Source: an uncultured Oscillospiraceae bacterium (GTDB lineage: Bacteria > Bacillota > Clostridia > Oscillospirales > Oscillospiraceae). From it: a stretch of DNA of 64,000 nucleotides. The notes under the pieces are model-generated. The model saw nothing but the letters and a program-made list of their open reading frames with translations, was not told the origin of the DNA and made no database searches. A program made the position numbers and the translations under genes. Positions within the stretch are counted from its first letter, which is position 1. The number at the start of each line of letters is the position of its first letter. The DNA lies in contig CANQMW010000015.1 in the NCBI GenBank assembly GCA_947625045.1, forward strand, positions 1,429 to 65,428, written 5' to 3'. Positions 43,263 to 51,259 of the stretch are shown piece by piece.

Positions 43263-46232
43263 TCACTGCGCTTCTCTCAAGCTTTTATAAATCTCTTCCG
43301 TAAATATTCCCAGCACCTGGCGTTTGAGTTCCTCGTCACTCAGGAGCAGCGAGAAGAAATCCTGGTTTTGTGAGAGACCCTCAATCAGCGCGTCATCGAT
43401 GTCATCGAAATAGGAAAACTCAAAATCCTTAACGGTATTGCTCTTGGCGCTGGCCCGCAGTTTTTCCGACTTCAAGAGAATATCCCGTATCTGGAGCATC
43501 GCCTTGACCGCCACATCCGTGTCATAGGCCCTGCCGGTGCGGCTGTTTATCTCAGCAATAATTTCGGACAGGCGCTCTTCCTTTGCTTCTGTGAGGCCGA
43601 ATGTCTCCGCCGTCGGGAGTTTCACCACCGGCTGTGCGACGAGCTTCGGCTCGACGTGTTCCGCTTCTTTCTTCTGCACAAAGTTGGTTGCCCTGATTTT
43701 ACCGTCCAGATCATAGCCGCCGCCCGGATGCTTGATATTGATATACGCCAGCAGATATGTAATGAAATTGTACTTTTTATGCAGGTCAGTGTCTTCAAAA
43801 CAGGATACCTGCAGCAAAAACTCATAGAACCGAACAAAGTGCCGCAGCTGGGCAACGATCTCCTGCTGGGTAAGCGGCTCATATTGCTCGATCATGTTCT
43901 TTGCCCGTTTGAAATAGAACGTGAGTTTCTGCTTGTCCCTGGGCGTTATATTCGCCTTATAGAGCAGTCCGTTTGCCCTATCAATATCATCGGGATCGAG
44001 TACGGCATAGGCGTCGATCCTAGCTTCCAGATCATAGATCGCTGTCGGCGTTACGGAATTGGACAGCAACGTGGTCGTATAATACGGCGCAAAGGCAGTC
44101 TTGATTTCCTCATAGCTGTTCACAAAATCCAGCACAAAAGTCTTTTTCTCAAAGGGCGGACAGATACGGTTCAGCCTGGAGAGTGTCTGTACCGCCGACA
44201 CTCCTTTGAGTTTTTTCAGCACATACATCGCGCAGAGTTTCGGCTGGTCGAACCCGGTCTGATACTTGTTCGCTACCAGCAGAACCTGATACTCATTCTC
44301 GTCAAACTCTCTCGGAAGCCGATTCTCCGGGAACCCGTTCATGGACGCCTCGGTGTACTCCGTCTCGTCGTCCGGCAGGGTCACCTTGCCAGAGAATGCC
44401 ACCAGTGCCTTAATATCGGTATAACCCTTCTTCTTGGTGTAATCCTCAAAAGCCTGCCGGTACTTCACTGCTCCCTGCCGGGAGGCAGTTATCACCATGG
44501 CCTTTGCCATGCCGCCAAGTTCCGGCATTACCGTGGTACGGAAATGCTCAACTATGACTTCCACTCGCTGGGCGATATTTGTCTCATGCAGTTCTACGAA
44601 ACGTGCAATCTGCCGCTTGGCGTCCGATGTTTTGCAGCGAGGGTCCTCCTCGATCTCCTTGTTGATTTGATAAAAAGTCTTATACGTCGTGTAATTCTGG
44701 AGCACATCAAGTATAAAACCTTCCTCAATAGCCTGCTTCATAGAATAGATGTGGAAAGCCTCCCGCTGCCCCTTTTTGTTCAACCGACCGAAAAGCTGGA
44801 TAGTCGTAGGCTTAGGCGTGGCCGTGAAAGCGAACATGGACACGTTCGCCTGTTTGCCATTCCTGCGAATCTCATCGGTAATCATGTCCTCGACATCGCC
44901 GTAATCCGGTTCGCCAGCACCAAGAGACTTGGTTACGGCGGCCATATCCTTGCCAGCCGTGGAGGAGTGCGCCTCGTCAATGATCACAGCAAACCGTTTT
45001 TCTTTCAGCCCCTTTACGCTGTCCACAATATAGGGGAATTTCTGAATGGTGGTAGCGATGATCTTCGTGTTGCCATTGAGTGCATTCGCCAGATCGTTGG
45101 AATTACACTTGTCATCCATCACTCGAATCAGGCCAGCCTTGTGTTCCATGCCCATGATCGCCTTTTGCAGCTGCCGATCCACTACTACCCGGTCAGTGAC
45201 TATGATAATATTATCAAATATAATATGGTTGTTCGCGTCATGCAACGATGTCAATCGGTGCGCCAGCCAGGCGATGGAGTTGGTCTTGCCGGAACCGGCG
45301 CTGTGCTGGATCAGGTAATTCTGTGTGGTGCCGTTCGTGCGCACATCCGCCAGAAGCTGGCGGATAACGTCAAGCTGGTGGTAACGGGGGAATATGATGT
45401 TCTCCGACTTCTTCGTCTTGCCAGTCAGTTCGTCGCGGCTCTCGTTCGCGTCAATGAAGATGAACTTGCTGACAAGGTCGAGAATCGTATCCTTTTTCAG
45501 GATGTCCTCCCACATATAAGAGACGCTGTACTTATCCTCAAAAACAGGGTTGCCCGCACCGGCATTCACGCCCTCGTCGCGGCCCATGTTGAACGGCAGA
45601 AAGAATGTGGCATTTCCGGCCAGTTTGGTGGTCATATAGACCTGCTCAAGGTCCAGAGCGAAGCAGACAAGGCACCCAGCTTTAAAGCGGAACAAGCGGG
45701 TCCCAGGATCACGATCCGTGCGGAACTGATAAATCGCGTCCTGATAAGATTGCCCGGCGAGGTTGCATTTCAGTTCAAAGGACATAATGGCAAGGCCGTT
45801 GAGGAAGATTACAAGGTCGATGCGTTCCTCATCGCTTGCCCATACTTCCTCCATTACAGAGAATATATTCTTTTCGTACTTAGCCAACAGTTCCTTGTTG
45901 AAAGTGGTCGCCGGTTTTGTGTACATTAGTTCCAACTGCATATTGGAGATCTCGACGCCATGCTTCAATATATCCAGCAGACTGCCGTGCGCCTTCGTCG
46001 CCTCAGCATTGATGAAGCTGACGATTGTTTCCTCCAAATCGGCCTTGTATATCTTCCGCAGGGCGTCCATCGTCTCTGCCTGGGTATCCCATAGGAACCG
46101 AAACAGCATCTCCCGGTCCATGGCGAAGCGATGGTCATAGTCCGTTTGGCTGCGGATGATATATCCATTATCCTGGGAGAGGCGCTCCATTATGTAGTGC
46201 TGATATTCTTTTTCGGATAGGATGTAATTCAT
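43263..46232 (-). CDS. hsdR: Type I restriction enzyme R subunit
   Basis: 989 aa. N-terminal PD-(D/E)xK (IDLVIFLNGLAIMSFELK), SF2 helicase motifs (QHSAGSGKT, VIIDEAHSS) and a C-terminal helical domain are present. Confidence 0.9.
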   Translation of the reverse strand: MNYILSEKEYQHYIMERLSQDNGYIIRSQTDYDHRFAMDREMLFRFLWDTQAETMDALRKIYKADLEETIVSFINAEATKAHGSLLDILKHGVEISNMQLELMYTKPATTFNKELLAKYEKNIFSVMEEVWASDEERIDLVIFLNGLAIMSFELKCNLAGQSYQDAIYQFRTDRDPGTRLFRFKAGCLVCFALDLEQVYMTTKLAGNATFFLPFNMGRDEGVNAGAGNPVFEDKYSVSYMWEDILKKDTILDLVSKFIFIDANESRDELTGKTKKSENIIFPRYHQLDVIRQLLADVRTNGTTQNYLIQHSAGSGKTNSIAWLAHRLTSLHDANNHIIFDNIIIVTDRVVVDRQLQKAIMGMEHKAGLIRVMDDKCNSNDLANALNGNTKIIATTIQKFPYIVDSVKGLKEKRFAVIIDEAHSSTAGKDMAAVTKSLGAGEPDYGDVEDMITDEIRRNGKQANVSMFAFTATPKPTTIQLFGRLNKKGQREAFHIYSMKQAIEEGFILDVLQNYTTYKTFYQINKEIEEDPRCKTSDAKRQIARFVELHETNIAQRVEVIVEHFRTTVMPELGGMAKAMVITASRQGAVKYRQAFEDYTKKKGYTDIKALVAFSGKVTLPDDETEYTEASMNGFPENRLPREFDENEYQVLLVANKYQTGFDQPKLCAMYVLKKLKGVSAVQTLSRLNRICPPFEKKTFVLDFVNSYEEIKTAFAPYYTTTLLSNSVTPTAIYDLEARIDAYAVLDPDDIDRANGLLYKANITPRDKQKLTFYFKRAKNMIEQYEPLTQQEIVAQLRHFVRFYEFLLQVSCFEDTDLHKKYNFITYLLAYINIKHPGGGYDLDGKIRATNFVQKKEAEHVEPKLVAQPVVKLPTAETFGLTEAKEERLSEIIAEINSRTGRAYDTDVAVKAMLQIRDILLKSEKLRASAKSNTVKDFEFSYFDDIDDALIEGLSQNQDFFSLLLSDEELKRQVLGIFTEEIYKSLREAQ

Positions 46233-46275
46233 AATCCGTACCCCTTCTCATATGTTACGCTATGTTCAAAATAAA

Positions 46276-47316
46276 TTATTGATCTCTAAGCCTCTTAATT
46301 AGTTGCCTTGCAAAGAGAATTGCGATTTGGTCACAGGTATAATCGTTGGATTTTATGCCTTGGATATCCACTATGGATGGATAGTGGTTCTGTAAGTCTG
46401 TTCTTGTAATGTTATGCAGTATTGGCAATATCACCTTTTGCCCATTCTTGTTCTGTCTTCCAAGAAACTCTGTCAGTTCGCGCTCAGTCCATTCCCTTCC
46501 GAAGAAGTTTTCAGATATTACGATAATAGCAAACTCGGACTTCTCTGTCCCCTCAAGTATGCGCTCCTTCCAGTTATCTCCCCATTCGAGCGATTCTTTG
46601 TCATAAAAAATCTTAATGTCAAGCATATTCAAAGATTGATACAGTTTATCAACTAGTTCAACCTTATCTTTACTAGCATGAGAAATGAAAACGTCATATT
46701 TACTCAACTGCATTCCTATATTATCAGATGCAAGGTTTTCTTGATTAATATGTTTACGTTTTCTATATTCTGTGTCACCACATATACTCTCCAAGACAGA
46801 GACCAAATCATTATAAGTACTCAATTTACGATGAAACAAAATGGATTCAATTCGTTTTGCAAGAGGATGATCCGTCAAATACCTATGGTAGAATATTTCA
46901 AAATCATTGATCCAAATATTACTTGGACGGTTGTATTCGTTCATATCAGTGCCAATCGGAGCAGCATTAATCGGAGAATTAATCATCTTGGTTCTGTGAA
47001 GAAGTTCAAACAGTTCCCTCTCAAAAGGGGAAAAATGAGCTTCCGTTTTCAATTTATCTAATTCAGCCCTGTAAATGCGTTCTTCATATGTATAACCATC
47101 TTTCAGGACTTGAATGTGATATGGAATATCATCGGCCCAAAGCACGGAAATTAGGTTATTATTCTTTAGTTCTCCAAAACAGCCACGTACAATTATTTCT
47201 TCCTTATATTGCATTTTTTCAAATCGTTTCCGCCAATAGTCCGGCTCCGTCTCATGCTCTATTATTTCTGCAAGAAGTTTTCTTGCCTCGTCTGAGATAT
47301 ACGTAGCCTCTTTCAT
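46276..47316 (-). CDS. TIR-domain protein with an unassigned ~200-aa N-terminal domain
   Basis: The C-terminal region is YDVFISHASKDKVELVDKLYQSLNMLDIKIFYDKESLEWGDNW...FAIIVISENFFGREWTERELTEF, matching the TIR beta-A/BB-loop/alpha-C pattern. The ATG overlaps the hsdS stop (ATGA). Confidence 0.75.
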   Translation of the reverse strand: MKEATYISDEARKLLAEIIEHETEPDYWRKRFEKMQYKEEIIVRGCFGELKNNNLISVLWADDIPYHIQVLKDGYTYEERIYRAELDKLKTEAHFSPFERELFELLHRTKMINSPINAAPIGTDMNEYNRPSNIWINDFEIFYHRYLTDHPLAKRIESILFHRKLSTYNDLVSVLESICGDTEYRKRKHINQENLASDNIGMQLSKYDVFISHASKDKVELVDKLYQSLNMLDIKIFYDKESLEWGDNWKERILEGTEKSEFAIIVISENFFGREWTERELTEFLGRQNKNGQKVILPILHNITRTDLQNHYPSIVDIQGIKSNDYTCDQIAILFARQLIKRLRDQ

Positions 47317-47969
47317 TGCTCAATTCCCTTCTTCCCTGTGACACATTCAAAAACAATAGACTGTCTATATTTCTCAAGAGCATCAAGTTGTCTCTGCAAA
47401 CTAGATGATAATTCCGCAATCTTACTACAACGACTATCTAAAAAGTCAGCTATTGATTCTTGCTCGTCTAAGGGGGGATAAGGAATGTATGTATTTCCAA
47501 AATCTTCAAAAGCAATGTTTTTCCCATCACGTAAACTCATAGTATGAGAATTCATTTCACTAATAAAACACTTGTCCTTAAACAGGTACTTGTAGAATCG
47601 ATCACAGATCTGTCGAACCGGATAAAACACCTGATAAGCAGGTGAAACTACACCTTCATATTTTGAGTACTCAAAGCCACCTTGAAAACTTCTAAGGCTA
47701 ATACAAAAATCGCCTTTATGAATTGTTTTGAAGGCCGAGAGGTCTGTGTCATCTTTCACTTTAACGACATTAGCACTTGTCAGTTCTTCAAGTAATGCCT
47801 GCGGAATAACGCCAAAATGTTGTGTTGGCGAAAGAAGCTGCAATTCAATATTATTTCCCTTTTCATTTCGCTGAGTAAATATGTACTTTCCTTTGTAGAA
47901 TTCCCAATAGTCAGGGACTTCACCAAGCCACTCAGCAAGAGGATTAACTGTCAGTGCCATAATCATCAC
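47313..47969 (-). CDS. hsdS: Type I R-M specificity subunit, half-size (single target-recognition domain)
   Basis: About 215 aa with one TRD plus a conserved helix (PPLDEQESIADFLDSRCSKIAEL...IVFECVTGKKGI). The best-spaced start is ATG 47960, 8 nt after AAGGAG. Confidence 0.8.
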   Translation of the reverse strand: MMIMALTVNPLAEWLGEVPDYWEFYKGKYIFTQRNEKGNNIELQLLSPTQHFGVIPQALLEELTSANVVKVKDDTDLSAFKTIHKGDFCISLRSFQGGFEYSKYEGVVSPAYQVFYPVRQICDRFYKYLFKDKCFISEMNSHTMSLRDGKNIAFEDFGNTYIPYPPLDEQESIADFLDSRCSKIAELSSSLQRQLDALEKYRQSIVFECVTGKKGIEQ

Positions 47970-47981
47970 TCCTTATACGCC

Positions 47982-50084
47982 TTATACGAACAAATCCCTT
48001 GTCTGCATTATTATATCTTGTGCTAAACTCTCAAGTTCATTTTTTAAGAGATCACTGTTCTCTGGGAATTTAGGTTTATAAAATTTCCGGGTAAAAATAA
48101 TTTCGGCTCCCGTTTTAATAATTTGATTCTTTGCCGTTAAGTTTTCCTCAAAGAAAGCTGCTGCATCAGGGATATATGGAAGTACTTCCCGACGCATATA
48201 GGTCTCTATATCGATCTTTACTGGAACTTTCTCCGTATCTTTCGATTCTTTGTCATATAATGTATATCCTTTTCGATCACGCTGTATCTCAGCCCGCTTG
48301 TCCATCGCGGAAAGCCCATCCGCAATTTTTTCAAGCAGCTTCTTATCGCTTGTTACCTGTGTAAGGGCAGCCGTCAGCACCGGCATAAAGGCAGCCGGAG
48401 AATAGTAGATGCTCTCGGAAACTGCATCCTGCAACGCGGCAAGGATAGCATCATAAACCGATTTGTTGTCTTGGTACTTCTCCAGTTTTCTCTGATTCTT
48501 TCCGGACAGTTCCTCGACGTTTTCCAATTCACTGACCTTCGCTTCGTCATAAAGCGAAGACAGTGACCCTTTTGAGAGCATGGAAGCAATGCGCCCTTCT
48601 GTGATAGCATAGCTACGCTGGAGAGGCTGCATCACCGTGTACTCTCGATAGATGAACTCCTCATTGTCATAGATTTTACAGTATTCATTCTCTACAAAAT
48701 TAGCATATAGTTTAGTAATGACAGAACGATCCATAGGGGTAATTTCATTTTTCTTGTCGCCAAGTCCACGTCTCAACTTGTGAAAACAGGACGACGCATC
48801 AATCAATTGTATCTTTCCTTTGCGTTCCTTTCGCTTGTTTTTTGAAAGAACCCAAATATATGTTGCTATTCCCGTATTGTAGAACAAATCACTTGGTAGC
48901 TGTATTATTGATTCAATAAAATCGTTTTCCAAAAACCATTTTCTTATCTGGCTCTCACCAGAAGACGCTCCACCGGTAAACAGCGGGCTACTGTTCTCTA
49001 TTATGGCGGCGCGGCCAAATTCATCGTCCATTTTGTCGATAGCGGATTGCAGAAACAGCATCTGCATATCGCCCGCACTGGGCAACCCTGCGCCCCAACG
49101 ACCAGAAAAACCCTTCTGATGCTCAGCCCTAACCGCTTCCTCTACGCCGTCGGCAGCATCGCTGCCGCCCCACGCCTGTCCAAACGGCGGGTTCTCCAGA
49201 ACAAAGCGCATTTTGGTGTCTTTGAATCGGTCTGCAACCATAGTGTCCTGATAACAAATTCTATCTGCACTCTGCCCCTTAATGAGCATCTCCGCCAAAC
49301 ACATAGCATAAGATTCAGGATTGTTTTCCTGCCCAAATAGGCGCACGTCGGCGGTCGGATTATATCGCTTTATAAAGTTATATCCTGTGGACAGCATGCC
49401 GCCCGTGCCGCAAGCCTGATCCAAGATGGTAATGACCTTACCATCGTCAAAAATGTCGTCACAGCCCTCGGCCAGCAGGATGTTGACCATCAGTTTGATG
49501 ATGTCGCGGCCGGTGTAGTGGTCGCCAGCTTCGGCGTTTTCAGAGAACTTCCGGATCAGTTCCTCAAAGATATACCCCATCTTTACGTTGTCGATGGTGC
49601 GCGGATCTAAATCCAATTCAGAGAATGCTTTCACGACAGATAGCAGACGGTTGTTCTTGTCCATCTTGTCGATCTCTTCACCAAAGTTCAGTCCTCGCTC
49701 CTTAGACAACAATATTTCCAGCACATTGGCAGAGAACCCTTCCAGGTAGCTTTTGAAGTTAGCGGCAATATGATCCGCATCGTTCACAAGCTCGGCAAGG
49801 TCATACTCGCTGGTATTGTAGAACGGGAAGCCGGAAACACGGTACATTGCCTTTGCCGGGTAATTTGGATTGGCCTTATACTGAGCCACGACAGCCTGCT
49901 TTGTCGGCGCAAGGGCACACTCGAACCGTCGAATGATCGTCATAGGGATGATGACGTCCTTATACTTGTCGCTCCGGTACGGCCCGCGCAGTTTGTTGGC
50001 GATGGACCAGATGAAGTTTACCTCGGTAGAGACATCTATGGGAGAATCATCCCACATCGCGTCAATGATTTTTCTGTCAGCCAT
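47982..50084 (-). CDS. hsdM: Type I R-M DNA methyltransferase subunit (N6-adenine), long form
   Basis: 700 aa. LDQACGTGGML (motif I) and VLENPPFGQAWGG (motif IV, NPPF) are present. The HsdM N-domain includes IWSIANKLRG. A ~200-aa C-terminal extension follows. Confidence 0.9.
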   Translation of the reverse strand: MADRKIIDAMWDDSPIDVSTEVNFIWSIANKLRGPYRSDKYKDVIIPMTIIRRFECALAPTKQAVVAQYKANPNYPAKAMYRVSGFPFYNTSEYDLAELVNDADHIAANFKSYLEGFSANVLEILLSKERGLNFGEEIDKMDKNNRLLSVVKAFSELDLDPRTIDNVKMGYIFEELIRKFSENAEAGDHYTGRDIIKLMVNILLAEGCDDIFDDGKVITILDQACGTGGMLSTGYNFIKRYNPTADVRLFGQENNPESYAMCLAEMLIKGQSADRICYQDTMVADRFKDTKMRFVLENPPFGQAWGGSDAADGVEEAVRAEHQKGFSGRWGAGLPSAGDMQMLFLQSAIDKMDDEFGRAAIIENSSPLFTGGASSGESQIRKWFLENDFIESIIQLPSDLFYNTGIATYIWVLSKNKRKERKGKIQLIDASSCFHKLRRGLGDKKNEITPMDRSVITKLYANFVENEYCKIYDNEEFIYREYTVMQPLQRSYAITEGRIASMLSKGSLSSLYDEAKVSELENVEELSGKNQRKLEKYQDNKSVYDAILAALQDAVSESIYYSPAAFMPVLTAALTQVTSDKKLLEKIADGLSAMDKRAEIQRDRKGYTLYDKESKDTEKVPVKIDIETYMRREVLPYIPDAAAFFEENLTAKNQIIKTGAEIIFTRKFYKPKFPENSDLLKNELESLAQDIIMQTRDLFV

Positions 50085-50193
50085 TACTTTGTCCTCTTTT
50101 TATTCTTACAGTATCAAGATTAATCATTGCAACCCCAATCAGCCTGTCCACCTGCTTACCATGACCATGTGGGTGTTCAAAACAAAGAATCAG

Positions 50194-51204
50194 TCAAAAG
50201 GGGAGAGCTTCCTCCTCGTCTGGTTCGTCATCTCCTTCGAGGCCAAGCAACTGTCTTGCGCGAAGAAGGAGTTGATCATAAGTCATAATATGAAGCTGGT
50301 GATATGAGGCATTAAGTATTCTCAACGCTTTTGATTTGTCCTCTCCCCAGTCGTTTGATCGTCCATACACAAGTAAGCATTGCGGTTTAACCGTCTTTGT
50401 GCCTCCAACGCGCTCTAAGAACTCGACTGAATTCGACTGAAGTTCAATCTTATATAAATAGTTTAGACACTGCATTATTGCACCTGAGAGTGTTGCCGAT
50501 GGACAATAGTTACCGTGTGAATCGGGACCAACCCAGAAAGGAATCGTTGGTTTTTTTATCTCTACAACATCCAAAAAACCGTCGAGTGAACGCATAAGAT
50601 AGTCCGCAATATCATCAACATCAATATCTCTTTCCGGAAGTATATTTAGGAACTCAGATCCCAGAATCCATTTATTATGCTCAAACCATTCCTGCCAATA
50701 TGATTCAGGGTAGTTTTGCTCAATGGCATTCCTGAACTCTTGTATGGCATAGTTTCTTCTTGCAGCCGTAATTGCAACACTCAGGTTTTCGGTAAGTACG
50801 CCCGATTCCAACAGCTTGTCCACTACTTCGTCATCTGAAATCCCAAGTTCGCGTACTTTGGAGAATAACTTTGCTGCATCCTCATCAGCTGCAATGAATT
50901 CGGTCATTCCCACATTCAACGGCACATAATAATCCTGAATATAGTCAATCAAATTATCTAGCTCAGGTGTTGTAAGTGTAATCGATTTATCAACTTTCTC
51001 TTTGAATCCTTCAGCGATTTTACTCATTCTTGCAATTTTCAGAGATACGATTTTCTCCCCTGTTGAGTTGTGCGTATTTCTAAAAAACACAGCCCGGCAA
51101 GAACTTCTCACTCCGGAACTCAATTCTTTTGCTTCAACATATTCTTGCCCACTCCTAGATGTTTTAACTATTTTCCACTCCTGCATAACAACTCTCTCTT
51201 TCAA
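50194..51204 (-). CDS. Shedu-like DUF4263 (PD-(D/E)xK nuclease) defence protein
   Basis: The C-terminal half is WQEWFEHNKWILGSEF...DGFLDVVEIKKP...QCLNYLY...PQCLLVYGRS...IMTYDQLL, which follows the SduA/DUF4263 layout. The start is either TTG 51204 or ATG 51186. Confidence 0.65.
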   Translation of the reverse strand: MKERVVMQEWKIVKTSRSGQEYVEAKELSSGVRSSCRAVFFRNTHNSTGEKIVSLKIARMSKIAEGFKEKVDKSITLTTPELDNLIDYIQDYYVPLNVGMTEFIAADEDAAKLFSKVRELGISDDEVVDKLLESGVLTENLSVAITAARRNYAIQEFRNAIEQNYPESYWQEWFEHNKWILGSEFLNILPERDIDVDDIADYLMRSLDGFLDVVEIKKPTIPFWVGPDSHGNYCPSATLSGAIMQCLNYLYKIELQSNSVEFLERVGGTKTVKPQCLLVYGRSNDWGEDKSKALRILNASYHQLHIMTYDQLLLRARQLLGLEGDDEPDEEEALPF

Positions 51205-51259
51205 AGATTAGGTTCATGTCGATACAATATGATTGACCAACCCCAAGCTTAGACTATAT

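Noticed and set aside
43656-45929. 757-aa ORF on the plus strand, antisense to hsdR
   Set aside because: Its codons are in exact register with the hsdR codons (43656 minus 43263 is a multiple of 3). It stays open simply because hsdR avoids TTA, CTA and TCA codons. It has no RBS, a Leu/Arg/Ile-rich low-information composition, and no motif. It is a shadow ORF.
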